Positions 48,930 to 59,081 of a DNA stretch of 64,000 bases are shown here, piece after piece. Numbering within the stretch: position 1 is the stretch's first letter; every line of letters starts with the position of its first letter. The position numbers were made by a program, and so were the translations under genes. The notes under the pieces were generated by a model that worked only from the letters and a program-made list of their open reading frames with translations, made no database searches and was not told where the DNA came from. Origin of the DNA: Candidatus Buchananbacteria bacterium (GTDB taxonomy: Bacteria; Patescibacteriota; Patescibacteriia; 2-01-FULL-39-33); NCBI GenBank assembly GCA_041665065.1, contig JBAYJM010000001.1, positions 23,116 through 87,115 on the forward strand, given 5' to 3'.

Positions 48930-49592
48930 ATGCTTCTACTTATTTACAAAATAACCGCCTTATTAATTCCTATCTCAGCTTTTGGTGTTGGTTTTTATAG
49001 TCTATATTTAAATCCTAAATCAAAGCTCATCTGGCTATGGTTTTTAACAAGCTTATCTGTTGGTTTGTGGGGAGTGGGATTATTCGGCCTTTTGATTGCA
49101 CAAGATCACGATCAGGCTCTCTTTTTTATTCGTTTTTTGCAATCCTTCTCTGTTTTTATTCCTGTTTTCTATTTACATTTCATCCTAACATTTCTACATA
49201 TAGATAGAAAAAAAACGGCTTTTTTTGTTGTGCCTGCATATATTTTATCCCTAATATTTTCAGTTTTATCTTGGACGTCAAATATTTTTGTTGCAGAAGC
49301 TGCTCCTATGGCTGGATTTGATTATTGGGTTAGCGGAGGCCCATTATATATGATTTATATAGTCTATTTCGCGGTCTGCGTTCTATTAACCCTAGCCTTT
49401 TTATTTCTCTACTATTATAAGAGCGATGGAATAATAAAAAAACAAATTGCTTATATTATTGTTATTTCGTTAATCGGTTTTATTTCTGGGGGCACTAGTT
49501 TTTTGCCTATACTATTTAATATGTATCCGTTTGGAACTTTTATTACTTTTACATACCCAATACTTGTTACTTATAGTATTTTTAAAAAATAA
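48930..49592 (+). CDS. Stand-alone HisKA_7TM-like membrane sensor domain
   Basis: FIPV.YLHF, YW..GPLY, KQI.Y, GG.T.F.P...YPFG shared with the kinase N-terminus. Confidence 0.75.
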   Translation: MLLLIYKITALLIPISAFGVGFYSLYLNPKSKLIWLWFLTSLSVGLWGVGLFGLLIAQDHDQALFFIRFLQSFSVFIPVFYLHFILTFLHIDRKKTAFFVVPAYILSLIFSVLSWTSNIFVAEAAPMAGFDYWVSGGPLYMIYIVYFAVCVLLTLAFLFLYYYKSDGIIKKQIAYIIVISLIGFISGGTSFLPILFNMYPFGTFITFTYPILVTYSIFKK

Positions 49593-49693
49593 TTCGGTTT
49601 TTAATGTCAATGGATGGGGTGGCAAGGAATAAAATTACTAGCACTAATTCAAAAAGATTTTTTGGAAAGAGAGTAAAATTATAATTTTTTAAT

Positions 49694-50320
49694 ATGACCT
49701 ATAAAATCATAAAGTTTCTCTTTGCCCCAATCATAAAGCTGCTTTGGATTAAAAAAGTTGAAGGATTAGAAAATATCCCAGAAACAGACAGAATAATTTT
49801 AGCCTCTAATCACGAAAGCTACTTTGATTTTATTTGTCTTGCGGCTATTAGCCCAAGGCCGGTTTATTTCTTGGCGGGTGAAGTATTTTTTAAGAAGTGG
49901 TATTTTAGGCCACTGATGAAAATGACCGGACAAATCAGAGTGGATAGGAATCAAAAAGATAAATCCCAGGCAGTAAATAAGGCTTTAGAAATTTTGGAAC
50001 GGGAAAAAGTTTTTGGTATATTTCCAGAAGGCACCAGGTCAGCGGACGGTAAATTGCAAAAAGCTTATACGGGGGTTGCAAAAATTGCTTTGAAGTCAAA
50101 ATCTAAAGTTATTCCCGTGGGAATGATTGGTACATTCGAAATTATGTCGCGACATGATAAATATCCCAAGTTTAAAAAATGCAAAATCAAAATTGGAAAG
50201 GCAATCAACCTGAGTCAATATTATGGGAAAGAAGAGGACAAAGAAGTTTTAATTAATATAGCTGATAAAATAATAATGCCCCAAATTGCCAAGCTAACGG
50301 GTGAGGAGTATAATTTTTAA
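49694..50320 (+). CDS. Lysophospholipid acyltransferase (PlsC family)
   Basis: NHESYFD (HxxxxD) and FPEGTRS. Confidence 0.9.
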   Translation: MTYKIIKFLFAPIIKLLWIKKVEGLENIPETDRIILASNHESYFDFICLAAISPRPVYFLAGEVFFKKWYFRPLMKMTGQIRVDRNQKDKSQAVNKALEILEREKVFGIFPEGTRSADGKLQKAYTGVAKIALKSKSKVIPVGMIGTFEIMSRHDKYPKFKKCKIKIGKAINLSQYYGKEEDKEVLINIADKIIMPQIAKLTGEEYNF

Positions 50321-50378
50321 TTGTTTATAAATATTACTGATTTATGTTATAATTAAGTTATTGAAACTTAATTTTTTT

Positions 50379-51038
50379 ATGTCAGAAATAGTTTTTTTTG
50401 ATCTTGATGACACTCTTATTTTCGGCCAATCGCAAATCATGCTGGTTAAATATTTGTTTTCTAGGCATAAATTAAATTTTTTGGCTCTAATTATAACCAT
50501 TATTTGGATGTTGTTATATAAGGCTGGAATTATAAAGGATGTTCTGCCAGCCATGGAAAAATCTTATAAAATTGCTACGGGATGGGGAGTAGAAGATGCA
50601 AAAATTCTAGTCAGAGATTTTATTAAGGTGGAAGTTAAAAATAAAATATATTTAAGGGCTTTGAAAATTATTCAAGAACACAAAAAACAGAACAGAAAAA
50701 TAGCCGTGATCTCCAACAGCCCTCAGCTTATAGTGGATGAAATTAGTAGCTTTATAAAAGCAGATTATGCTTTTGGTACAAAGCTAGAGATCAAAAATTA
50801 TATTTATACTGGTAGAATTGATGGTAAGCCTCTTTATGGCAAGCAGAAGGCAGAATTTATCATGGCAATTGCCGTAAAAGAGGATTGGGATTTAAAAAAT
50901 AGTTTCGCGTATAGTGATCACTATTCAGACGTTTTTATGATGGAATTGGTTGGCAATCCTGTTGCGGTTAATCCAGATAAAAAACTGAGACTGATTGCTA
51001 AAGAAAAAAAATGGGTCATCGAAAATTTTAAAATATGA
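50379..51038 (+). CDS. HAD-IB family hydrolase
   Basis: FFDLDDTL, ISNS, K, YSDHYSD, VNPD. Confidence 0.88.
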   Translation: MSEIVFFDLDDTLIFGQSQIMLVKYLFSRHKLNFLALIITIIWMLLYKAGIIKDVLPAMEKSYKIATGWGVEDAKILVRDFIKVEVKNKIYLRALKIIQEHKKQNRKIAVISNSPQLIVDEISSFIKADYAFGTKLEIKNYIYTGRIDGKPLYGKQKAEFIMAIAVKEDWDLKNSFAYSDHYSDVFMMELVGNPVAVNPDKKLRLIAKEKKWVIENFKI

Positions 51039-53287
51039 TATTTTTTGCTTCAACTTGTTTAATTGTGGCAATATTGAGCATTCTTTTGGGTATTTTAGTT
51101 TTATCTAGAAATCCAAAAGGCTTAATAAATAGGACTTGGTTTTTTGTGACCCTGTCTATCTTCGCCTGGTCAATTGGTTTTTTTGGAGTGGTCATATCTA
51201 AACAACAACACGTCGCATTTTTATGGCAATATTTATTGGATGCCGGTGGAATTTTTATACCGGTGACTTATCTTCATTTTGTTTGGGTACTTTTAGATAA
51301 AAATAAAACGAGTCGTAATAATTATTTAATCCAGTGTTTAGCTTTTTATACTTCTGCCTTTGCGATGTTGGTACTGAGTTTTTTTCCCATTTTTAAAAAA
51401 GGCATGCAACCGATCCTGGGGTTTAATTATTGGATAGAGCCTGGCAGTTTATATGTGTTGTTTCCCATATTTGTTGCTACATTGATGCTATATGCTCTCT
51501 TTTTGCTGATAAAAAGTTATTCAACCGCTACTGGATATAAGCGTGGTCAAATCAGATATGTTGCAATTGCCTTAATTGTTGGTTTTGGCGGTGGTATCAC
51601 AAATTTTTTCCCTCAGCTCATTAAGGTTTATCCTTTTGGGCATTTTTTTATGGCCCTCTATGTTGTTTTTATTACTTATGCCATAAGTCGCTACCGTTTA
51701 ATGGATATTAAAACAATCGTAAAAAAATCAACAGTTTTTACAGCCTTGGTTGTATCTATTGGAGCTATTTTTATAGTATTATCCAGTTTAACGTCATATT
51801 TTATCGATTTAGCATTAAAAGGCAACCAGTATGTCAGCCTAATTTCCGCCATAATCGTTTCAATTATTATAGCTTCGATTTTTCAGCCGCTTAGAAATAT
51901 TTTAGAGGCTTTGACGGATAGGTTTTTATTTACAAAGGAATATAACCCTTCGGAGTTGCTTACAGAAGTTAATCAGGCCATCTCTTCAACCATTGATCTT
52001 AATAAATTACTCAAGCTCGTCGCCCAGCACCTTGAAGACGTTTTTCATTATTCTAAAATAGGTGTTGCATTAGTCAGCAAAAGCAGCGCTGTGGAAAAGT
52101 TGAGAATATATTATCAATCTGGTTTTGATATAAAAGCTCTTGAAAAATTTACAAAAGGAAAAGTCGAAATTTTACCTTTATATTTTAATGACAATAAAGA
52201 AATTAAAGTAATTGATGAGTTAAAGGCAAAATATGAGGCGCATGAGTATCAGCCAAAAGATGTAGATCTGCTTGTGGGTCTCTATGACCTTGGTATTTCT
52301 TTGGTAATCCCTTTATTTTCAAAAGAAAAACTTATCGGAATAATTGTTTTAGGCAATAAAAAATCCGATGATCCCTATAACGGCGAAGATTTAAGAATGC
52401 TCACCATCATTGCCGGCCAACTTGGCATTGCCATTGAAAATGCCAGGCTATATGAACAGCAGAAAAATTTTAACGTCCATTTGAAAGATGAAGTTAAAAA
52501 AGCTACATCAGAATTGGAGGCTGTCAATAAAGAGTTAAAAAGACTGGATGATGCCAAATCAGAATTTTTATCAATTGCATCACATCAACTCAGGACACCG
52601 CTGACAATTACCAAGGGTTATGTTTCGATGATGAATGAGGGAAGTTTTGGCAAGGTGCCAAAATTGATAAAAGAAAATTTGGTTAAGGTGTATGCTGCAA
52701 ATGAAAGACTGCTTCACTTAGTTGAAAACCTTTTGGATATTTCAAGAATTGAAGCGGGCAGATTGGAATTTAATATGCAGCCGGTCGATTTGGTTGAGTC
52801 CGTTAAGTTGCTTGTTGCTGATTTCCAGAATAAAGCAAAAGAGAAAAAGATAAAATTAGAATTTTATCCTGAGCCGAACTTGCCGAAATGTTCCGCCGAT
52901 CCTGAAAAGGTAAAAGAGGTTATTTCTAACATTGTTGATAACTCAATTAAATATACGCCCGAAGGAGAAATTACGGTTGGAATTCATCAGGAGAGCCAGT
53001 CATTAGTATTTACTTGCCAGGATACCGGCATGGGAGTAGAGCCGGAAGACTTGCCAAGGCTGTTTAATAAATTTGTCAGAGGCAAGGGTATGATGACAGT
53101 CCATACTGAGGGAACGGGCTTAGGATTATATTTTGCCAGGGTGGTGATTGAAAATATGGGTGGCCGTATTTGGGTTGAAAGCCCTGGGAAGAACCGGGGA
53201 AGCAAGTTTTCTTTCAGTTTGCCATTGGCAGATAAAGCCAAAGCAAAAAAAGTTGGGGCGGTTGAAGAGATTAAAAATCCGGCTTAA
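51035..53287 (+). CDS. Sensor histidine kinase (7TM, GAF, HisKA, HATPase)
   Basis: SHQLRTPL, NSIKYT, DTGMG, GTGLGL; GAF ending IAIENARLY. Confidence 0.92.
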   Translation: MIFFASTCLIVAILSILLGILVLSRNPKGLINRTWFFVTLSIFAWSIGFFGVVISKQQHVAFLWQYLLDAGGIFIPVTYLHFVWVLLDKNKTSRNNYLIQCLAFYTSAFAMLVLSFFPIFKKGMQPILGFNYWIEPGSLYVLFPIFVATLMLYALFLLIKSYSTATGYKRGQIRYVAIALIVGFGGGITNFFPQLIKVYPFGHFFMALYVVFITYAISRYRLMDIKTIVKKSTVFTALVVSIGAIFIVLSSLTSYFIDLALKGNQYVSLISAIIVSIIIASIFQPLRNILEALTDRFLFTKEYNPSELLTEVNQAISSTIDLNKLLKLVAQHLEDVFHYSKIGVALVSKSSAVEKLRIYYQSGFDIKALEKFTKGKVEILPLYFNDNKEIKVIDELKAKYEAHEYQPKDVDLLVGLYDLGISLVIPLFSKEKLIGIIVLGNKKSDDPYNGEDLRMLTIIAGQLGIAIENARLYEQQKNFNVHLKDEVKKATSELEAVNKELKRLDDAKSEFLSIASHQLRTPLTITKGYVSMMNEGSFGKVPKLIKENLVKVYAANERLLHLVENLLDISRIEAGRLEFNMQPVDLVESVKLLVADFQNKAKEKKIKLEFYPEPNLPKCSADPEKVKEVISNIVDNSIKYTPEGEITVGIHQESQSLVFTCQDTGMGVEPEDLPRLFNKFVRGKGMMTVHTEGTGLGLYFARVVIENMGGRIWVESPGKNRGSKFSFSLPLADKAKAKKVGAVEEIKNPA

Positions 53288-53413
53288 AGCCGGAATTTTA
53301 ATTTAAGATTGGTTCTACTTGAAAAAATTATTAATTTTAGCTATTATATAGCAATATTATAAGATATTTATTTTAAATTAATTTAACTTAATTAATTTAG
53401 TGCCCTTAACTTT

Positions 53414-54283
53414 ATGAAGCCTTATCAGAAAATATTAGAACAGCAAGAAAAAGGACATTTTTTTGTTATACAACATATTTGGGGTCAAAGTGACAGCGGA
53501 GTATATAATGAACTGGTTGACGTCTGGAATGAAAAAGCTGGCATTGATGATAATATTTTTATCTTGTCTAAAAAATATTTTGGACTCAGATCTGTGGTTA
53601 AAACTCTTAAGAAGATGGGAGTTATTTTTGAAATTGTTGGGAAAGGTGAGGATGAGACTAGGCTGATAAAGATTACAAAAGATAACAATAGAAAATTAGA
53701 GCCAATTATTTTTGATAACTTTATAAATTTTAAATTCGCCGGTTTAGAATATAAAGTTGATGCCGGCCAGGCGATTTTTTCCAGAAATAAATTAGATGAG
53801 GGTACTGAATTTCTACTTAAAACCGCCCTCGAGCATGTTGGTGATCTAAACGGTAAGGCTATCGGTGATCTCGGCGGGGGCTGGGGAGCAATAAGCTTAA
53901 TATTGGGCACCACTTTTCCTCAAAGCCAAATTATTGCTTTTGAAAATGAGTTTTCTTCTATCAAGGCTTTTTCAAAAAACGTAGAAGATTTGCATAATAT
54001 TACTTTATTTAATTCTGATATTGCATCTTTAACGGATGAAAATATACAAAAATATTATAATAAGTTGGACTATATTATATCTAATCCTCCTTTGCATGTT
54101 ACAACCAAACAACGCGAAGACATCTGTCAAAATATGGGCAAGTTTATTAAAAAAGGCGGCGAAATATTTGTAGTGACGGAAGGGCGCTTTATTAGCATGT
54201 ATGAAAAACAATTAGCTAGTATTTTTAAAATAACGGGAAGCTTTGATTATAAGAGATTTAGGGTTTTTCAATGTGTAAAGTAG
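53414..54283 (+). CDS. RsmC/MTS-like methyltransferase
   Basis: FS...LDEGT..LL, DLGGGWG, SNPPLH. Confidence 0.75.
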   Translation: MKPYQKILEQQEKGHFFVIQHIWGQSDSGVYNELVDVWNEKAGIDDNIFILSKKYFGLRSVVKTLKKMGVIFEIVGKGEDETRLIKITKDNNRKLEPIIFDNFINFKFAGLEYKVDAGQAIFSRNKLDEGTEFLLKTALEHVGDLNGKAIGDLGGGWGAISLILGTTFPQSQIIAFENEFSSIKAFSKNVEDLHNITLFNSDIASLTDENIQKYYNKLDYIISNPPLHVTTKQREDICQNMGKFIKKGGEIFVVTEGRFISMYEKQLASIFKITGSFDYKRFRVFQCVK

Positions 54284-54290
54284 TAATTAG

Positions 54291-54404
54291 TTGACATTTC
54301 AAAGTATTATTATATAATGACGATATATATCGTCGTTTTTTAATTAACAATAATTACTGTAAATTGAGACTACATATAATATTATAAATTATATAATGAC
54401 GATA
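54291..54404 (+). promoter_or_regulatory. Promoter with palindromic operator and 17-bp direct repeat upstream of the TrmB-like gene
   Basis: TTGACA-N16-TATAAT (54291-54318); GACGATATATATCGTC (54319-54334); ATTATATAATGACGATA at 54309 and 54388. Confidence 0.7.
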
Positions 54405-54440
54405 ATGATAGACTAAAATATCAATAAATACCATAATTAT

Positions 54441-55220
54441 ATGATAAACAAGATTCAGCAAAATCAGATCAAGGACGCACTTTTACAATTAGGGTTGTCC
54501 GAAAAAGAAGCATTAGTTTATTTAGCAATTTTGCAGTCTGGAGAAACCTCTATTATAAATATTACAGGAGAGACGGGCTTAAGTCGGGGAACTTGCTTTG
54601 ACATAGTCGAAAGGCTGATTCGTGATGGTTTTGTCGCTGAGATTAAAAGGGGCAAGAAGAGAAGGATCGTAGTAGAAAGCCCTACGGGAAATTTTTATAA
54701 GGTACTTGATGGCTTGCATGATAAATTTACGCGAACTAAAAAGATGGTAGAAGAAGTTTTGCCACTAATAAAAAGCATTGGCAGTGAACAAGATTTCAAG
54801 CCACAAATCAGAGTATATTCAGGAGAGTCAGGATTTAAAAAAGTTTGGGATGAAATATTTTCCTCGGAGGTTGGAGAATTTTTAAGTATTGCCAGGGTTG
54901 AAACATTTGTGAAATTTGCGGGCGAAGATTTTCTCATTAGCATCCAAAATAGGAAGATCAAGGCGGGGATGTCTAGCCGAGCAATTAATGAGAATTCGGA
55001 TCTGGCTAATAAGTTGGTGGCCGCTGATAATATTTCCAATCGTGAGACCAGACTTATCCCAATCGGCATGGAATTTCCTTCTACTGAAATAATTTATGGC
55101 GACAAGATCGCCATGTTTTCGACTCGCGATGAAAATATTGTGGTAGTTATTGAAAGTCGGGATTTTGCTTCGACACATCGGGCATATTTTGAAATGATGT
55201 GGAAATTTTTAGAAAAGTAA
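54441..55220 (+). CDS. TrmB-family transcriptional regulator
   Basis: LGLSEKEA.VYLA HTH; C-terminal IYGDKIA..IES...FE.MW. Confidence 0.88.
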   Translation: MINKIQQNQIKDALLQLGLSEKEALVYLAILQSGETSIINITGETGLSRGTCFDIVERLIRDGFVAEIKRGKKRRIVVESPTGNFYKVLDGLHDKFTRTKKMVEEVLPLIKSIGSEQDFKPQIRVYSGESGFKKVWDEIFSSEVGEFLSIARVETFVKFAGEDFLISIQNRKIKAGMSSRAINENSDLANKLVAADNISNRETRLIPIGMEFPSTEIIYGDKIAMFSTRDENIVVVIESRDFASTHRAYFEMMWKFLEK

Positions 55221-55299
55221 TTGAAAAAATAAGTTTAGAAACTAAAATCCGCCACAAGGCGGGTTTTAGTTTGAGAAATAATTAATTATTAAAAATTAT

Positions 55300-56433
55300 A
55301 TGTCAAAAAAACTTAAAATTGTTTTTTGGATAGGGATTGTCGTTATTATTGTCGTAGTCGCATTCTTTATTTTACAAAAACCAGATACAAAAACTGCAGG
55401 CACAGAACCGCATAAGATAGGGGTTGTCATGTCTCTTACGGGCAATGCTGCTGAATATGGCGACTCAACCCTCAAGGGCATGCAAGTAGCCTTGGATGAA
55501 ATAAACATCGATGCCAAAAAAATGGATATAATTTTAGAAGATGACAATTCTACTGCGACCGGAGCGGTCAGTGCTTTCCATAAAATAATCGCTGCGAATA
55601 ATGTTCCAGTAGTCGTTGGCTTCTTGGTAAGCGGTGGTGCAGTTGCTAGCGCTCCCGTTGCCAATGAATCAAAAGTAGTCATGATTAGCACTTTATGCGG
55701 GACAGACGACTTGAAAGATGCCGGAGATTATGTTTTTAGAATTCGTGAAAGCGGGAAAGCGCATAGTTTGGCGATGGCAAAATTTTTGAAGGAGAATTTG
55801 AAAAAGGATTCGGTGGCGCTTTTTTACGCTAGTGCCATAAATGGAGTTTCTTATGCTGACAATTTTAAGCGGGAGTTTGAAAGGCTGGGAGGCAAAGTAG
55901 TTTTTGAAGATCAATATATTGAAAAGAGTAATGATTTTAGATCTAGTCTGAGCAAGCTAAAGGGTGTGAATCCTGAGGCGGTGTATATTGCCGGAATGGC
56001 TCCAGATATGGGTTTGATTATCAATCAGGCCAATGAATTAGGAATAAAGACGCAGTGGCTAGCTTCGCCTGGCGCTGAAAACTCTAAAATTTTAGAGATT
56101 ACCAAGGGGGCGGCCGAAGGTTTAATTTTTACAACCCCACTATTTCGTTCTGATTCAAAAAATGAGCAAGTAGAAAAATTTGTGGAGAATTATAGGAAAA
56201 AATATGGTGAAGATCCTGATTTTGCCTCAGCTAATGGATATGATGTAATTAAGTTAGTTAATGATATGATCAATAAATATGGCTATGATGCCGATAAGAT
56301 CAAGGCTGGCTTGTATGGTGTTGTAAATTTTGATGGTATGGGCGGGACATTTTCTTTTGACCAGTTTGGAGAAGTTGAAAAGCCAGTTATGTTTAGAACG
56401 GTAAAAGATGGCAAGTTTGTTGAGTATAGATAG
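55300..56433 (+). CDS. Branched-chain amino acid-type ABC substrate-binding protein (LivJ/K-like)
   Basis: KIGV..SLTG..AEYG, EDD, DFRS.L.K, GYD, G.FSFD..G. Confidence 0.88.
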   Translation: MSKKLKIVFWIGIVVIIVVVAFFILQKPDTKTAGTEPHKIGVVMSLTGNAAEYGDSTLKGMQVALDEINIDAKKMDIILEDDNSTATGAVSAFHKIIAANNVPVVVGFLVSGGAVASAPVANESKVVMISTLCGTDDLKDAGDYVFRIRESGKAHSLAMAKFLKENLKKDSVALFYASAINGVSYADNFKREFERLGGKVVFEDQYIEKSNDFRSSLSKLKGVNPEAVYIAGMAPDMGLIINQANELGIKTQWLASPGAENSKILEITKGAAEGLIFTTPLFRSDSKNEQVEKFVENYRKKYGEDPDFASANGYDVIKLVNDMINKYGYDADKIKAGLYGVVNFDGMGGTFSFDQFGEVEKPVMFRTVKDGKFVEYR

Positions 56434-56443
56434 TAATTTGTTT

Positions 56444-57145
56444 TTATAGTTTTTTCATTTTATAACAGGCAATCCCATCTTTAATATATTGGTTTGTCAG
56501 CAGAGGATAAAATTTCTCTTTTTCTATTTTTACTTTTTTAAAATCAATGAGTTTTAATTCTATGTTTTTATTTGTTAGTAATTTCCCATAGACATAAAAT
56601 ATTTTTTTGTTCCCAGTTATTTTATTGTCTGGCAATTGATGTATATTTTTAATAAAGTTTTCCAAAATTAAAGTGCACCTATTTATTATTAATTTTCTTG
56701 GCCTATTTTTACTGCCGAATTCCAATTCAATTGCATTTTTAAGTATTTGGCTAATTGGTCCTTTTGGATCTGGCCATAATAAAACTTTTTTTAGGTTTAT
56801 AAATTCTAGCGGAAAAGTTTTTGATAATTTTTTACGAGGCATAATGATAAAATCATCAGTTCCTTGGCTGGCTTCATGCAGGTCAATTATATAGCGATAT
56901 TTTTTAGCAATTTTAAAATTCTCGAAAGCGATTCTTTCTTCATAAATTTTTGATTTGGCATCTCCGGGATACGAGCGATTCAAATCAGCTTCAATAAGGC
57001 GGACATTTTTTTCAAGTGCTTTTGGATTGGCAATTAAAACGTCAAAATATTTTTCTAATCCTTTGTTTTCTAAAATTTTTACAGCCTCAATTCCAATTTT
57101 TTCATTGCCATGAGTGGCGATGATAAATAAAATTTGTTTTTTCAT
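56444..57145 (-). CDS. Succinylglutamate desuccinylase/aspartoacylase (M14-like) protein
   Basis: THGNE, NP.A, DLNRSYPG, IDLH. Confidence 0.85.
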   Translation of the reverse strand: MKKQILFIIATHGNEKIGIEAVKILENKGLEKYFDVLIANPKALEKNVRLIEADLNRSYPGDAKSKIYEERIAFENFKIAKKYRYIIDLHEASQGTDDFIIMPRKKLSKTFPLEFINLKKVLLWPDPKGPISQILKNAIELEFGSKNRPRKLIINRCTLILENFIKNIHQLPDNKITGNKKIFYVYGKLLTNKNIELKLIDFKKVKIEKEKFYPLLTNQYIKDGIACYKMKKL

Positions 57146-57216
57146 ATATTTATTAATAAGTTTTAATTTTGAGGCAGGCAAACGGTTTGCTTGCCTCAAT
57201 AAAACACGGATTGCGG

Positions 57217-57816
57217 TTAGAGTTCGAGAACCCAATAACTTCTTTGATGCTCGTTTGCATCAATAACATCGAGTTCTACAAACCCCAACCCTTTGTAAAG
57301 GGCGCGAGCCGGTTCTGCTCGGAGGTCGGTTCGCAGAAGAATGGTCTCGTGGCCGGTTTTGATGGCCCATTCCAAAAGGCATTCGCTTAGTTCTCGACCA
57401 GCTCCTTTGAGTCGGCAGTTGGAATCAACACCGAGTTCATCAATGTAAAACACTTCGCCATTTTCGAAAAATCGATCCATCTGCGAAGTTCCCGAGATGT
57501 TTTGCATGTCTTCCATGCTGACACGATAGCCCCAAGTGAAGCCGATGATGGCGTCGTTTGACTTGGGATCGGTTGGAAGTGCAAGGAATCCTCGGGATTG
57601 TCCGCGCGCGAGCTCTTCTTTGAGCTCTTGCAATACAATTTCAGTCGTCCAGAAATCCTCATTCCACGGCGGTTCTCTCCAGATTTCGCAATAGAGCGAG
57701 GCGCACCCTTCCAAGACGGAAAGAGGCGTTTGATCCAGGCTTATCACCTCGATTCGATATCCTTTTTGCATGTCACGATTCCTTATTGTTACATGCTTGG
57801 TGTTTGGGTTTTTCAT
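57217..57816 (-). CDS. GNAT N-acetyltransferase
   Basis: EPPWNE, YIDELGV...R.KG.G, A.ALYKGLGF; higher GC. Confidence 0.85.
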   Translation of the reverse strand: MKNPNTKHVTIRNRDMQKGYRIEVISLDQTPLSVLEGCASLYCEIWREPPWNEDFWTTEIVLQELKEELARGQSRGFLALPTDPKSNDAIIGFTWGYRVSMEDMQNISGTSQMDRFFENGEVFYIDELGVDSNCRLKGAGRELSECLLEWAIKTGHETILLRTDLRAEPARALYKGLGFVELDVIDANEHQRSYWVLEL

Positions 57817-57868
57817 ATAAAAAACCCCTTCCCACTCGGGAAGGGGTTGAGTTTATATTTTAAAAATA

Positions 57869-58189
57869 TCAACGCAGCTCTTTCCCGATTGAGGAAGAGC
57901 TATAATGATTTATTCTTTTTGAAATTAAATTATATCCGCCGGTTCCGTTATTTAACCAAAGCGCGACACGGCTGACAGTAGTTGTGCTGACTTTTAATTT
58001 TTCGGCAATCTCACGATAGGGCATTTTCTTCTCCAAAAGCTTCACTATTTCCCAGCGCTCGCTCATTTCCTTGATTTCTTCAACCGTACAGAGGTCACGA
58101 AAAAATAACTCGCATTCTTTTGTGGTTTTTAATGATAGGATGGCTTCAAAAAGCCTGTTAGTTTGTTTGTTAAATTTAAATTGTTTCAT
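57869..58189 (-). CDS. YerC/YecD TrpR-related repressor
   Basis: FFRDLCT.EE...M.ERW, YREIA....STTTVSRV. Confidence 0.9.
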   Translation of the reverse strand: MKQFKFNKQTNRLFEAILSLKTTKECELFFRDLCTVEEIKEMSERWEIVKLLEKKMPYREIAEKLKVSTTTVSRVALWLNNGTGGYNLISKRINHYSSSSIGKELR

Positions 58190-58382
58190 ATCTGTATCAC
58201 TGTATTACTATACTAACACAGAATAAATACAATGTCAAGAATATAATTTATTAATTAAAAAAACCGCCTAAAGGCGGGTAATGTGTGTTTGTTATTTTAT
58301 TACTCTCAAAAGCAACAATAGGATTATTACTTTAATTGAGTGGAGAAGGCAAGGGTAGGACTTGTATCTTCTCCGATTTGAA

Positions 58383-58856
58383 CTAAATACCGATGACCTC
58401 CTTGGCTTTGAGCAAGTCGATCATTCTGCGAACTTCTTGCGTGTTGGGCATGCAACCGTAACCATCATGCAGGTTAAAAGCGGCTTCAGCCTCACTCGCA
58501 CGTCCAGCTTTCGCGAAGAGAAACGCTGAAGTGAGGTACAGCTTTTTATGGAACATTTCCTTGGCCATCTCGATGATAGCGTCTGTCTCGACAGGACTGT
58601 CGATTGTTTCCCGGAGTTTGACGTACATCCAGTACCCGAGCAGATCGGCCAACTTATCACATTCCTCAGAAAGCCACGGTCTGCAGTCGGGGGCATTTAA
58701 GTAGAACCAGGCTATGAATTTGGAAACTCCCTGAGCGTCTTTGCGGTCTGCCATATACCGCAAGAGGGATTCGGGGTGACCTGGGTTCTTGGTGAGGCAG
58801 TCATCCCACCGACCAAAGCTCACCAACACATACATGGGCAACCAGCTCATATTCAT
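58383..58856 (-). CDS. Hypothetical helical protein
   Basis: SD GAGGG; consensus promoter TTGACA-N17-TATAAT (59008-58980); higher GC. Confidence 0.6.
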   Translation of the reverse strand: MNMSWLPMYVLVSFGRWDDCLTKNPGHPESLLRYMADRKDAQGVSKFIAWFYLNAPDCRPWLSEECDKLADLLGYWMYVKLRETIDSPVETDAIIEMAKEMFHKKLYLTSAFLFAKAGRASEAEAAFNLHDGYGCMPNTQEVRRMIDLLKAKEVIGI

Positions 58857-59081
58857 ATTTTTTCCCTCGTAAGGCCAGGCCAAGATTTATTACTTTCATC
58901 CTCAAACTCACAAGAGCCCAGGATTTTTAATGCTTTATGGTACAAATTCTTTGTGAACGTTACTCACATTGAATACATTATTATATCATAGTTAAATCAT
59001 TTTGTCAAATATATTTGCTAAGTTTATTTAAAATAAAATAAAAAAACCGCCCCAGCAAGGGGCGGAAAATTTGATATGAAT

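Noticed and set aside
35451-59066. Recurring CCGCC-N3-7-GGCGG hairpins (near 35451, 48085, 55249, 58264, 59047)
   Set aside because: Located at gene ends with A/T tracts; consistent with ordinary intrinsic terminators
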